DNA of 63,777 nucleotides, filler included, from Reclinomonas americana ATCC 50394 (lineage: Eukaryota): the NCBI GenBank assembly GCA_048213135.1. It is 15 parts of 15 records of this genome, joined end to end, with 100 filler letters (N's around TTAATTAATTAA, not from the genome) between each part and the next. Parts side by side here need not be neighbours in the genome. Positions count along the whole stretch, not along the records: positions 13,106 to 16,001 come from AFZH01021619.1; positions 16,102 to 18,261 come from AFZH01021621.1; positions 18,362 to 23,962 come from AFZH01021622.1; positions 24,063 to 28,141 come from AFZH01021623.1; 11 more parts are not named here. One strand, written 5' to 3'. Positions within the stretch are counted from its first letter, which is position 1. Each line of letters begins with the position of its first letter. The notes under the pieces are model-generated. The model was not told the DNA's origin and made no database searches. It worked only from the letters and a program-made list of their open reading frames with translations. Below, piece by piece: positions 13,106 to 24,063 of this stretch. Position numbers and translations under genes: made by a program.

Positions 13106-13929
13106 GGTCGAGACGATGAAGCGCGGGTCCTTGCCGAGGCGGGCGGAGTCCGAGATCGTCAGGCCCGAGAACGGGCTGTAATGGATCTGCCCGGCTCCAT
13201 CTGGGCGGCGGCGGCGGCGCGGTCGGTGACCACGCGCCAGACGATCCGGTCGAGATAGGGCGCATTGGCGCGCCAGTAATTCGGATTGCGCTCGGCGATG
13301 ACATGCTGGCCGCGCTCGTACTGCACGAACTTGAACGGGCCGGTGCCGACCGGCGCGAGATTGACCGGGTTCTGGCGGATGTCGCCCTTGCCCTCGTAGA
13401 GATGACGCGGCGAGATGTAGCCGAGGTCCGGCAGCGCCCGCAGCAAGAGGTTGAGCGGCATCGGGCGCTCATAGCGGAACACCGCCGTCAGCGGGTCTGG
13501 CGTGTCGACCGCGGTGAGGAAGAGCTGCAGCGTCGAGCCGTAGTTCAGGATCTTCTTCCACATCTCCATCGCCGTGTACTGCACGTCGGCGGAGGTGAAA
13601 GGCTTGCCGTCATGCCAGGTCACGCCCGAGCGGAGCTTGAAGGTGATGGTCTTGCCGTCGGGCGACGATTCCCAGCTCTCGGCGAGCACGCCGACCGGCT
13701 GGCCCTTGGCGTCGAGATCGACCAGCTGCTCCTGGATCTTGCCGCCGATGATGTAGACGCCGGTCGAGGCCTGCAGGCTCGGGTTGAGCTGGCGCTGCTC
13801 GGCGCCGTAATGGACGGTGAAGACGCCGCCCTTGCGCGGCGTTTCCTGGGCGAAGGAGCGCATCGGGAACAGCACGCTGGAGGCGATGGCGGCGCTGGTC
13901 ATCAGCGCGGCGCGGCGGGTCATATCCAT
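13106..13929 (-). CDS. ABC transporter substrate-binding protein, peptide/nickel (family 5); 3' truncated
   Basis: GGAG RBS, then a Tat signal MDMTRRAALMTSAA; motifs LAESWESSPDGKTITFKLRSGVTWHDGKPFTSADV and PVGTGPFKF. A 1-bp frameshift near 13195, close to the contig end, is probably a sequencing error. Confidence 0.92.
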
Positions 13930-14027
13930 CGATTGTCTCCTGGGGCCGGCGTGCATATCAGGCACGATGCGGGCGTCACGAGACCCCGTCAATGCGACGG
14001 GGCCATTCTTGAAAATGGAAAGCCGCC

Positions 14028-14879
14028 CTATTGCGGCAGGAAACTCACGATCAGGCCGTTGGCCGAGGCCGCCGGTACGCTGAGCGCCGTGCCATGCCGG
14101 ATACCGACAGGGCCGAGTGCCTTGGCGGCGCCGTCGAGATTGGTGCTCGCCAGCACGATCGCCACCGCGCCGGCAGGGGCCGCACCAACCCGCACCGCCT
14201 CCGGATAACGTCGGGCAAGGCCGGCCGCGTCGTAGAACAGGAAGTCGGCGCGCTTGCCCCCGGACGGGACCAGCCAGCCATCGTCCTGCTGCGTCACCGG
14301 CTCGTCGATCAGCCGGCTCAGATGCTCGGCGGCGGCCTTCGGATCGTCGGCGAGCACCTCGACCCGGATGATCCGGCTCGCGCCGTTGGCGTGACTCCGC
14401 AGTTCCGGAATCCAGACGGTCTCGCGGGTCAGGTGCTGGCAGGCGAAGATGCGCAGGCTGCCGGGGTTCTCGTCGAGCGGCCAGCGGAAGACGTTGAACT
14501 TTGCCTCGCCCTTGCCGCCATTGGGCAGATCGACCGGGCGGCCGAAATGCACCGGGCCGAGCGCCTCGAGACCGCGACTCTTGAGTTCGTCCGCGCCGGC
14601 GGCGGCGTCGTCAGTGGTGAAAGCGGCCCGCTCGATGCCTTCACGCTCTTTGAGGAAGTCGCGGGTCGGCTTGTTGTGCTCGGTCTCGGCGAGGATGCCG
14701 AGCAGCTCGACATAGTCCTCGCCCAACATGATCGTGTAGTTGCCGCTGCCGAGGATCGCCGAATGCGTGCCGCGCGGCGAGACGGTGAAGCCGAGGCTCT
14801 GCCATTGCCGAGCGGAAGCGTCGAGATCGCGAACCGTCACCACGACGTGGTCGAGACCGAGGATATGCTTGAGCGGCAT
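14028..14879 (-). CDS. VOC/glyoxalase-like family protein (Glyoxalase_3 type)
   Basis: Motifs LDHVVVTVRDL, LGFTVSPRGTH, YVELLG and HANGA; good RBS. Confidence 0.88.
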   Translation of the reverse strand: MPLKHILGLDHVVVTVRDLDASARQWQSLGFTVSPRGTHSAILGSGNYTIMLGEDYVELLGILAETEHNKPTRDFLKEREGIERAAFTTDDAAAGADELKSRGLEALGPVHFGRPVDLPNGGKGEAKFNVFRWPLDENPGSLRIFACQHLTRETVWIPELRSHANGASRIIRVEVLADDPKAAAEHLSRLIDEPVTQQDDGWLVPSGGKRADFLFYDAAGLARRYPEAVRVGAAPAGAVAIVLASTNLDGAAKALGPVGIRHGTALSVPAASANGLIVSFLPQ

Positions 14880-15205
14880 GAAGCCCCCTTATGATCAGAA
14901 CCCAACGGAAGGAGAGTTCATCCGAACGCAGAGAGGGGCGCAACCGCTCCGGGATGGCGTTTCCTGCAACCCCCGCTGCGCCGCAGACATAGCGTCGGGA
15001 GAATAGTCTTTTCAAGAACACGAGAAGCGAAGCCAAAATTTGGTATAAATCAATCGTTTCACGCCAATAAGATAGAAAACTGTTCTCCGGCAGATGAACG
15101 GCCGGGAAGGACCTACTTGCAGGCCGGCGGTCCTGGCGGCAAGGATAGGAGCGTGCTCGTCCCAAGGGACTGCGTTCATCCCTTCCTAGCCGAAAGACGC
15201 CGCCG

Positions 15206-16001
15206 ATGACTGCCCCCTCCTCCGTCACCTGGCCGCCTTCGCTCTGGGCCGCGACGGCTCAGCCCGGCCCCGTGCTCGGGACGCTGGAAGGCGCGATCGA
15301 GAGCGATGTCGTGGTGATCGGCGCCGGCTTCACCGGGCTTTCGACCGCGATCCATCTGCGCGAGAGCGGGGTCGGAGTCACAATTGTTGAGGCGGCCGAA
15401 CCGGGCTGGGGCGCTTCGGGGCGCAACAACGGCCAGGTCATCCCGACGCTCGCCGGCCATGACCCTTCGGCGATGACCGCCCGGCATGGCGAGGCCGGCG
15501 AGCGCTTCAACGCCGTGCTCCGCGATGCCGCGCAATATCTCTTCGAGCTCGTGCGCAAATATGAGATCCCCGCCGAAGCCGAGCAGGCTGGCTGGGTCCA
15601 GCCGGTGCATTCGCCGGGGCGCTTCAAGCTCGCCGAGAAGCGCGTCCGGGAATGGTCGGCGATCGGCGCGCCGGTCGAACTGCTCGATCGTGCCGCGACA
15701 GCGGATATGCTCGGCTCGGATGCCTGGTTCGGCGGCTTCTGGAACCGCACCGGCGGGCATATCAACCCGCTCGCCTTGACCCGAGGCCTCGCCGAGGTCG
15801 CGCTCAAGCTCGGCGCGACCATCCATGCCCGCTCGCCGGCGGTGAGCATGGCGCATCAGAACGGCCGCTGGCTGGTGAAGACGGCGAAGGGCTCGGTGAC
15901 GGCGCGGGCGCTCGTGCTGGCGACGAACGCCTATACCGGCGAGTTCGAGCCCGGCCTCGCCCCTGACATCGCCAATGAGGTGATCCCGGTCCTGTCCTGG
16001 C
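15206..16001 (+). CDS. FAD-dependent oxidoreductase (DAO/PuuB-like); 3' truncated
   Basis: DVVVIGAGFTGLSTA dinucleotide-binding motif, GASGRNNG, LATNAY. Confidence 0.92.
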
Positions 16002-16101
16002 NNNNNNNNNNNNNNNNNNNNNNNNNNNNNNNNNNNNNNNNNNNNTTAATTAATTAANNNNNNNNNNNNNNNNNNNNNNNNNNNNNNNNNNNNNNNNNNN
16101 N

Positions 16102-16538
16102 TACTTGACCTCAACCGCTTGGTTTTGACGTAGCGCCGCAATCATCGTGCGCAACGTATCGTTATTGACGCCTCGAGCAGGCACGGGCGGCCCGGCGTAG
16201 GGAGGAAGGCGGGCAATCCAAGATTCGGAGGAAGTCAAGATGCCTTCGGAGATGGACCGAAGCTGGTTGAGGTACTGACCGGCATCTGGGTTTAAAAAGC
16301 AGGGTTGGAATGCGCTGCTCGCGACATAGCGCTTCGCGCTTTTGTCGTAGGTTGCGTTGTGAGGCGCCCGCTCTTGATAGAGCGTCAGATCCTTCGATGC
16401 CTGCGGAACCGACACATCGAACATCTGGACAATATCTGAGCGGTTAACACCGCCGTCCCAGAAGAGCCGGAACTCGATGAATTCGAGGCGGCGTTCAACA
16501 CCCCATTTCAGCGCGGTCTCGCTTTCCGGCATCGCCAT
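16102..16538 (-). CDS. BrxR/CapW-type wHTH-WYL transcriptional regulator; 3' truncated
   Basis: The N-terminus ERRLEFIEFRLFWDGGVNRSDIVQMFDVSVPQASKDLTLYQERAPHN matches the wHTH of this family. The sequence breaks at the start of the WYL domain. The start codon could be 16532. Confidence 0.85.
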
Positions 16539-16554
16539 TCGCCTCCAAGCGTAG

Positions 16555-16611
16555 ATGCGTATAAAAACTATATGGACATATCAGAGTGATCTGTGTAGTT
16601 AGTATCCTCAT
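16555..16611. promoter_or_regulatory. Imperfect inverted repeat, candidate WYL-regulator operator
   Basis: Arms at 16555-16576 and 16590-16611 (15/22 complementary) with a 13-bp spacer, in an AT-rich divergent intergenic region. Confidence 0.5.
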
Positions 16612-16674
16612 AAATGGTGCCCCGTCAATGGCGAACGAGGCGCAACGGATAGCACTTGAAGGGGAGAAGGGGTT

Positions 16675-18236
16675 ATGTCCGTCTCGGGTCGATCCACCCT
16701 GGTCGTTCAAGGGCGCCTGGCCATGCGGGAGGCTCGTCTGACGGCTGCTCGTGGTGGTCATCAGGGCCTCCAGATCATGTCCTTCGAGCAAGCTGCTGTC
16801 CGGCTTGCCGGCGGCTTCTCTCGGCCCATCGATGACGAAAGCTTGCGTGCAGCCATTCAGGCAGCTCTGCCCGCGACACCGATGGGCGAATTGGAGAGCA
16901 TCAAGGCTCTTCCCGGCATGATCGATGCGGCAGCCGATACACTTCACAAAGCCTGGCGCGCAGGCATCGATCTAGCCGCACACGCAGCCGCTCATCCGCG
17001 TCTCGCCGCCATCGCACGCCTGGAAGCGGCCGTTCGCGACCGGCTTCCATTCGGCATGATGCGGCCCCTCGACATCGTCGCTGCTGCGAACGCCCGCCTT
17101 GGTCATACGTCGGCGGTCCTCGGTCAGATGGAGATCGTCGGGCTGACCGAACTCTCACCGTGCTGGAGGCCGCTGCTCCAAGCGCTGACCGCCCATATCC
17201 CCGTGCGGTGGATGGCCGGCCCGAGGAGCGTTCCCGCGTGGTTGGATGGCACGGGTGTCGTGATCTCGCGCACACCGGTGCAAGCGCCGGGCATCAGCTC
17301 CGTCAGCGCGGCGACTTCTTATCATGAGGCCATCGAGGCGATGCGCTGGGCACGCAGCCTGCTCGCCTCGGGCGTCTCCCCCTCGGAGATCGCGATCGCG
17401 ACCGCCTCGCCCGCCGACTATGACGATCACTTCCTGGCCCTACGCGCCGACGCCAACATTGATCTGCATTTCGTCCATGGCGTCCGAACCGTCACCACTC
17501 GCGAGGGCCAGGCGGCCGCGGCGCTGGCCGACATCGTGGTTCGCGGCTTGTCGCAGTCGCGGCTGCGCCGTCTCGCGGCGCACTGCCGAGACAGCGGGCC
17601 TTTCGAGACCCTGCCCGAAGGCTGGCTACGGGTCCTGCCGACCGATGCACCACTTTCAACACCGGGCGCCTGGAATCGCCTGTTGGCCCGATTGACGCCG
17701 GAAGACTGGCCCGACGGCGCCGACCACGCTCCGGCGCTGCGCACAGCGGTGGAGACCCTGGCAAAAGGATCGGAGGCTGCCAGCGAGATCGGAGCAGCTT
17801 TCCTCACGGGTCGCGCGCTTGCGATCTGGCGCAAGGCGCTGCTCGCCGGACCCGCCGCCTCGATTGACGCGACTCTTGAAACCCTGAAGCAGGACGACGG
17901 GCTGGAGGCGTGCGTATGCGTCGCCTGGATGCCGGCCAGCGCGCTCGCGGCATCTCCCCGTCGTTTCGTGCGCCTCCTTGGGCTCAATTCTTCGCGCTGG
18001 CCGCGCGGGATCGCCGAGGACCGGCTGATCCCGGACCATATCATCCCGACCCCGGTGCTCGATCCGCTCCCGGTCAACCTCGCCGACCGCCGCGATTTCG
18101 AGACGATCCTCGCCACGACGGCCGATACCGTTGTTTTGTCGCGCGCACGGCGTGACAGCGACGGGCGCCTCCTCGGTCGCAGCCCTCTGCTCGCCGGACG
18201 TGGCGACGAAATCTACCTGCGCCGCAATCCGACGCC
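16675..18236 (+). CDS. AddB-like / PD-(D/E)XK nuclease family protein, N-terminal part; truncated
   Basis: Long ORF with a strong RBS and degenerate helicase-like motifs (SEIAIA, VRLLGLNSSRWP, VVLSRARRDSDGR). The nuclease domain itself is not in the window, and the apparent stop codon lies in adaptor sequence. Confidence 0.65.
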
Positions 18237-18261
18237 CTGAGACTGCCAAGGCACACAGGGG
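18237..18261 (+). other. Untrimmed 454 Titanium adaptor B
   Basis: CTGAGACTGCCAAGGCACACAGGGG at the contig end matches the 454 adaptor B reverse complement. Confidence 0.95.
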
Positions 18262-18567
18262 NNNNNNNNNNNNNNNNNNNNNNNNNNNNNNNNNNNNNNN
18301 NNNNNTTAATTAATTAANNNNNNNNNNNNNNNNNNNNNNNNNNNNNNNNNNNNNNNNNNNNGAACCTAACGTCATGCGCAGCAGTACTGGCTGATCAACC
18401 TCGGGGAATTTTTCAATCTCGCGGAAGGCAAGGCCTGAATTCGGGTTCATCCGAAGCAGGTTGGCGGAGGAGGCCTTGCACCTTTTGGCGGGGGGTGAGA
18501 CATCCCTGATGGAAACAAGCTCCTATCGAGAGTTCAACTCAAACGATCGGTTATGCGAACTTCTTCG

Positions 18568-19998
18568 CTAACGTGTCACGAAGCCCGGAAGCCATTCGTC
18601 ATCCCGGCCTGATACAGCGTCCAACCATTCCGAGATGACAGAGTCCAACCCGTCTTCGAATGAAGCATGCTCCCTGAAGAAATCGACGATCTTGGGGTAA
18701 GGGCTACCGCGCCCCTCAAGCGCCGCATACAGCCCGCTTAGCTCGGCTGAGTCGTGACTCTCGTATTCTGTGACCGCTTCGATTATCGCGTCGAGATCCG
18801 CGAGGAAGCCGAAACCATGGTCGCTGTAGGTATCGGAATGCGGCTCAAGCAGTAGGTCCCATCGCTGGGGCCATTTGTCCCTCGCGGTCTTGCTGCCAGC
18901 CTCCTCCCGCGCCCATTGATAGTAGGTCGCGGCCCGCCACCATGCTTCCGGAACATTCCTGCCCAAAAGCTTCTGAGGGCGGTCCATATGCAAAGTGGCT
19001 TCGAGCAGCCGCCGCCGAACGGGAGCGGCCTGACGTTCAAGCAGTTCGAGGATCGCGGGTTCGGGTCGAAACTTCCAACCATATGGCCGGTGTCCGAATT
19101 TTTGCAGAGCGACGCTGAGATAGTCCGCTCTCGGATACGGCATGAGCTCGACAATGCGTTCTTGCGAGAGCTCGATGCTCTCCCAGTCAGCTGGCAGATT
19201 TCTGGTCCATGTATCATCGGGGTCTCGCATCAGGCGCGCATTGAGCACAGCAGCATCTCGCTTGAGAAAATCTTTCTCCCGCGCGGACTGAGGCACGGCA
19301 TCCTCTGGTGCCTTAGGGGCCTCCTGGCTTGCCGGTGCTGCCAGGGGCCTTCGACGCAGGCCTCCCTCTGGCCAGCGCGATCTGCCATGCCGATCGAGCA
19401 GGGGGCTGGCCCGCGTGGGTATCGCGCGCCTATCCGGCGAAGCATGTGCAGCCACGAACGAGTCGAATATGGCTGAGGTTTCTTCCGCGTCCTCCGCGTT
19501 GACACCCAACCGCTCGGCCAGCGCCGCAACGGTCGTCGCGGCTGAAGCGAGGCCCGAGTATGTGGACCGAACTTGCCGTTCGAGCTCCTCATAAGCGGCT
19601 CGATCCGCGAGGTACTCGAGGTAGTGATCGAGCGAAGCGCGTATGGCTCTGAATTCTGAATCCGCTCCCTTCTTAGGATCCCGCCCGCCTCGGGCGGCCG
19701 CCTCCTGCAAGCGGCGCTCTTCCACGAGAGCCTGCAGTATCGCGGACCGTGCTAGAGCGATGGCATGGTGTCGCGTCGCGCCTGTCGATAGGTGGCCTTT
19801 GGCGACAGCGTCATCGAGTGTCGCCTGAAGAATGGCCGCGTCACCAGCCGTGCCGACCCAGGTCGCGTTGTCTCCGAACAGCAAAGCCACGAGATCAACG
19901 GAGTCCTTGGGCAATTCCCCAGCAGCCATCGCTTGAGCCAGTCGAGCGACAAGCAGCCTCCTGTTCCGGATGAACGTCATGCGACCGAGAACGGCCAT
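18568..19998 (-). CDS. Hypothetical protein (476 aa)
   Basis: Long ORF with an AGGTG RBS, divergent from the relaxase. No recognised domain. Confidence 0.7.
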   Translation of the reverse strand: MAVLGRMTFIRNRRLLVARLAQAMAAGELPKDSVDLVALLFGDNATWVGTAGDAAILQATLDDAVAKGHLSTGATRHHAIALARSAILQALVEERRLQEAAARGGRDPKKGADSEFRAIRASLDHYLEYLADRAAYEELERQVRSTYSGLASAATTVAALAERLGVNAEDAEETSAIFDSFVAAHASPDRRAIPTRASPLLDRHGRSRWPEGGLRRRPLAAPASQEAPKAPEDAVPQSAREKDFLKRDAAVLNARLMRDPDDTWTRNLPADWESIELSQERIVELMPYPRADYLSVALQKFGHRPYGWKFRPEPAILELLERQAAPVRRRLLEATLHMDRPQKLLGRNVPEAWWRAATYYQWAREEAGSKTARDKWPQRWDLLLEPHSDTYSDHGFGFLADLDAIIEAVTEYESHDSAELSGLYAALEGRGSPYPKIVDFFREHASFEDGLDSVISEWLDAVSGRDDEWLPGFVTR

Positions 19999-20008
19999 GG
20001 ATCACACC

Positions 20009-20149
20009 TGTAGGCTCAAATGAATTATTGGCCATACATAACATGTAGGCGTTAATCATCCAATGGACATACAGAATTGGCCGCCGGGGCGGCTCGGCAG
20101 GAATGCTGCAAGGTGGTGAAGTAGGCTCAAAATAGGCTTTAGGCATACA
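20009..20149. promoter_or_regulatory. Three 30-bp quasi-palindromic boxes (T/A)GTAGGC-N17-CATACA
   Basis: Copies at 20009-20038, 20044-20073 and 20120-20149 have identical arm spacing. Confidence 0.7.
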
Positions 20150-20159
20150 AGGATAAACA

Positions 20160-20285
20160 GTGCGCGACAGACAAACCCTCCGCACGCCAGAATGGCGAGC
20201 AGAGGGTTCGTGGGCGCAAGACGCAGATCGGCTCGGCGAGCCTCTCGCCCGAGCGGCCTTCGGCCCCCTCGCGCTTACAAGCCGG
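20160..20285. other. Candidate oriT region
   Basis: Several hairpins upstream of the relaxase. The minus strand reads TGTAAGCGCG at 20270-20279, which resembles the MOBQ nic core TAAGTGCG. Confidence 0.35.
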
Positions 20286-20308
20286 ACCCTGAGGAACTCG
20301 TGTAATTT

Positions 20309-22264
20309 ATGGGGATAACGCTGGCGCGCCCGGCCATAGGTGGCATCATTTCCTTGACATCGATTCAACGAATGATTCGGGCCATGCAAAAGCAGCTGAC
20401 GTTGGAAGAGGTAGACCGCCTCGAAAAAAGCGTGAAGACCTTCGCCATCTCGGTGGTTGACCGCGTCCTGGATCGCGCTCTGCGAAACGCGCGGCTGGAC
20501 GCGCATTACGCCGCTCAGAGGGCTCTCTCGGGTGGCTCTTTCGCACGCTCGACCGGGCGCTCGGCGCGTCTCTCAAAGGTTATCGTGCGTGCCCTGAAAT
20601 CGCATTATACGCAGATCGCAGTGCCACCTTCGGTGCGGCTGACGATGCCGGGCGGCGGTGTCAGCTTTCATTTCGATCACGTCTCGGTTTCGGCGCGTTC
20701 AATGGCGCTCCAGAAGGGTGAGCGTCGAAACGGCGTCAACAAGTGGCACAAGCAGCCATACGCTCGCGACATTCGCTGGACCTCTCGGGCATCTGCGCAT
20801 CAGATCTATATCGAGCGGCCGTCTGCTCGCGATGAGATCGAAGAGTGGGATGCGGCGCGCGCGCAGCGCTATATCGAAGACGCTGACAAGGTTGCTTTGA
20901 ACGGCGGCAAAGGGAACGATGACTTCTCCTTCGGCAACATCGGCCAAACGCTCCGGGAACGGACCGAGTTCTGGGAACTGGCCTGCAAGGGAGCCGAACG
21001 CGAAAACGGGATCATCCAGCACCGATTCATCGTGCAGTTGCCGAAGGAAGCTTCTGCGCTTGAGCGCAAAGCGATAATGGAAGCTTTCGTCGCGCCGTTT
21101 CAGAAAGAGGGAATGCGCTTCTGGGTGGCTCTTCACGCGCCCACGGCTGACAATGATCCCCGGAACTTTCACGCACACGTTGTGATGTATCATCGCCCGG
21201 CCAGGAAGGTGCTATGGAGCGATCCAGCCTCGGGATCAGACACGCCCGTCAGAATTTGGGATTTCGCCTGTGCGCGGCGCGAAAAGACCAAATGTCGGCG
21301 CTGGAAGGTCATCTTCCCCGAGAGGCAGAAGGTCCCTGACTGGATGCGGGGTCCATTTGTCCTTAAGCAGCGGAGGCGGTTTGCCGACTGCGTCAACGAA
21401 GTGATGAGCGCGGCTGGGAAGGGCCACGTCAAATACGATCCGCGCAGCTACGAAGAGGCTGGAATCAAGGCAACACCGGAGAAAAAGGCGAAATACGCGA
21501 GCAAGGTCGATCGACACGACCGGGATCACACGATCGATGAGCTGGTTGGGGACCTCGCGACCAAGAACCACTCTGAGTCTCGTCGAATACACGAGGGTGA
21601 ATGGGATATCCTCAGCGAGCTCGAGGCACGCCTGGCGGCAGGCTTGCCGGTCTCTGTGGCGTCGCTGCATGAGGCTACTCGGATCCCTATGACGGTCACC
21701 GGGTCTAACATCTCCGGACAAGTTGGCCCGGAGGCGCGATCGGCCGCCGAGACCTATGCCAAAGCGCGTCTCGACCAGCTGCACTCGCGAGAGCAGGCTG
21801 ACCTTGAGATCGGAATTCTGGACACGGCCGCATCGGCTACCGCGCCGGATGCCGTCAGGCGTCATCGAGCCAGACTGAAGGCTCAGTTGTCCCAGGGCTC
21901 GCCGCAGGCGCGTGAGAGGACGCGAACCGCTCATTCGGAAGTGGCTGATGATGCAGAGGCCGAAGCGCTCCATGATGCCGCTATGCGCGAACGCGAGACA
22001 AGGCGGCGGCAGTTCGACAGGGAGCTCGCGACTCGCGAAGCGGAAACCCGCTTTGCGCTCGATCGCCTGCTCATGTCCCTGCGCCGGGAGCAGCGACAGC
22101 GTAATCGGCAAAATGCCTCTATTGCCCCAATGCAGGTGCGCAGCTCCCCGGAGCAACGGGCAGCATCTCGTGCTGAAAGCCCATCTGCCGCAGCCGTGTC
22201 AGCAGAGCCGATTCGGCGCCCCACCACAGCTCCTGCGCCGCGTGGAAAGGGGTATGGCGACTAG
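20309..22264 (+). CDS. MobA/MobL (MOBQ) family relaxase
   Basis: Motifs QHRFIVQLPKE, VALHAPTADNDPRNFHAHVVM (HUH) and YDPRSYEEAGI, with a helical C-terminus. The start may be 20372 or 20384. Confidence 0.85.
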   Translation: MGITLARPAIGGIISLTSIQRMIRAMQKQLTLEEVDRLEKSVKTFAISVVDRVLDRALRNARLDAHYAAQRALSGGSFARSTGRSARLSKVIVRALKSHYTQIAVPPSVRLTMPGGGVSFHFDHVSVSARSMALQKGERRNGVNKWHKQPYARDIRWTSRASAHQIYIERPSARDEIEEWDAARAQRYIEDADKVALNGGKGNDDFSFGNIGQTLRERTEFWELACKGAERENGIIQHRFIVQLPKEASALERKAIMEAFVAPFQKEGMRFWVALHAPTADNDPRNFHAHVVMYHRPARKVLWSDPASGSDTPVRIWDFACARREKTKCRRWKVIFPERQKVPDWMRGPFVLKQRRRFADCVNEVMSAAGKGHVKYDPRSYEEAGIKATPEKKAKYASKVDRHDRDHTIDELVGDLATKNHSESRRIHEGEWDILSELEARLAAGLPVSVASLHEATRIPMTVTGSNISGQVGPEARSAAETYAKARLDQLHSREQADLEIGILDTAASATAPDAVRRHRARLKAQLSQGSPQARERTRTAHSEVADDAEAEALHDAAMRERETRRRQFDRELATREAETRFALDRLLMSLRREQRQRNRQNASIAPMQVRSSPEQRAASRAESPSAAAVSAEPIRRPTTAPAPRGKGYGD

Positions 22265-22488
22265 CCATTGGGCAGAGGCCCGGTAACTGGGCGAGAACAG
22301 GCTTCACTCGCGTCGGCAGAAAATCGGCATAAACACGGGCATACGGTGCAAAGGTCAACGTTTGCATCGCGAACAGCCATCGAAGCCCGGAGGGGCCAGA
22401 ACAGGGGAAGCGGAACCTCGCCGAGGTCAACCCCCGAGAATTGAGCTGAGAGCCGTTCCGGGAAACGCAAGACGGAACGGAATTTCCC

Positions 22489-22941
22489 ATGAAGACGAAG
22501 ACCGAGCAGGCGACGGGCGACGATCAGGCGCGCCCGACGCAGAGCGAACTCGCCCGCTACCAGCGGGCTTATCAAGTGAGCAGCCGACACAGCGAGATCT
22601 ACCCGAGGTGGCAAGCCGCGATGGCGCATGCCGTCCTGCTCGAGCATGACGGCGACCGGATCTACCCGGATCAGGGCCACTTGAATGGCCGCCAGCTTGC
22701 CGAAGGCGCCCGGGCGACGGCGCGCGCCTTCGCGCTACTGATCGCAGAATCTCCGGCCCGCTCGGAGCAGGAATTGTCCAACAAGATCAGCATCTACGAG
22801 ATGATGGTCTTCCTCGATGGCGAGCGCGAACGCTCGCGCACGCCCTACATGGTCGAGATCGCCATGCATGCCGATGCCTCGGCGCTCGGGATCGACCTCC
22901 GGAAGGAGCCGATCGCTAACGGCCCCGGCGGCGTGCAGTGA
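22489..22941 (+). CDS. Hypothetical protein (150 aa) with a PARSxxxLxxK motif
   Basis: Starts MKTKT like the 24683 gene and contains PARSEQELSNKI; 10 nt from the next gene. Confidence 0.75.
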   Translation: MKTKTEQATGDDQARPTQSELARYQRAYQVSSRHSEIYPRWQAAMAHAVLLEHDGDRIYPDQGHLNGRQLAEGARATARAFALLIAESPARSEQELSNKISIYEMMVFLDGERERSRTPYMVEIAMHADASALGIDLRKEPIANGPGGVQ

Positions 22942-22951
22942 GGGATCGGTC

Positions 22952-23962
22952 ATGAGTTACATCGTTGTCGATCTCGAGACGACCGGGCTCGATCCGAAGT
23001 GGAATCTGGCGCTGCAGGCTGCGATGATTCATGCCGATGGCGATCTCAATCCGATCGACGAGCTGTCAATGCGGTGCCGGCTGCCCGCACATATCGTGCC
23101 CTCGCCAAAGGCGCTGCTGGTGACAGGAATCCGGCCTGAACAGTTGGAGCAAGCGCCGCTGTCGAGCACAGAGTTGCTCGCCACCATCGCCAGGATGCTG
23201 TCGCACTGGGCGCCCGCGACGGTGATCGGCTACAACACGCTCGCCTTTGACGAGGAAGTCTTGCGACACAGCTTCTTCTCGCACCTGCTTCCACCCTATG
23301 CGACGCAGGCGGCGGGCATGCGTCGTGCCGATCTGCTTACGATGGCGCGGGCCGTAGCGCTGCTGGAGTCCTCGGCCATCACCGTGCCGATCAATCCCGC
23401 CGGCAAGCCGAGCTTCCGGCTCGGCGACATTTGCCGCGCCAACAACATCACCCTGTCGGAGGATGACGCGCATGACGCACTGGCGGATGCCCGCGCCACA
23501 CTCGCCCTGTTTCGGCATCTCAAAACTGTGGCGCCGAGCACCATCGCGATCATGCTCGAGAACAGCCACAAGAGCGGCCCGATCGGGCGGCTCGCCAGCG
23601 GCGAGCTTCTTCTGCTGGGTGGCCAGCAGAAGCTGACGCCGGTGGTTGGCCTCACCGCCAACCCGACTGTCGCGACATCCTGGGCCGCGATCGATCTCAC
23701 CATCGACCCAACGGACTATATCGATCTCGGTTACGACGAGGTCGCGAAGCTTCTGTCGGCTCGAGGCCCCCGACCGGTCCGGACGGTCAAGATCAATGCG
23801 CAGCCGCTGCTGGTGCCCTTCGCGTCGGGCTCCCACGCCCTCGCCGAGGACCAGCGCGATGAGGCGCTCTACAACGAGCGCGCAGACCGGATCCGCCGGC
23901 ATGAGGGTTTCCGCCGGCATGTGGCTACTGCGCTGGCGAACCGCTTCGCCGATCGCGAAGCG
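22952..23962 (+). CDS. Exonuclease I (SbcB)-like DEDDh 3'-5' exonuclease; 3' truncated
   Basis: Motifs VVDLETTG, PSPKALLVTGI, GYNTLAFDEEVLR, KPSFRL and AHDALADARAT. Confidence 0.88.
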
Positions 23963-24063
23963 NNNNNNNNNNNNNNNNNNNNNNNNNNNNNNNNNNNNNN
24001 NNNNNNTTAATTAATTAANNNNNNNNNNNNNNNNNNNNNNNNNNNNNNNNNNNNNNNNNNNNC

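Noticed and set aside
13159..13200. Pseudogenisation of the ABC substrate-binding gene
   Set aside because: It is a single-base loss within 100 bp of a 454 contig end, and the sequence continues plausibly in the other frame.
18238..18240. Stop codon of the AddB-like ORF
   Set aside because: It lies inside the 454 adaptor; the gene is truncated, not complete.
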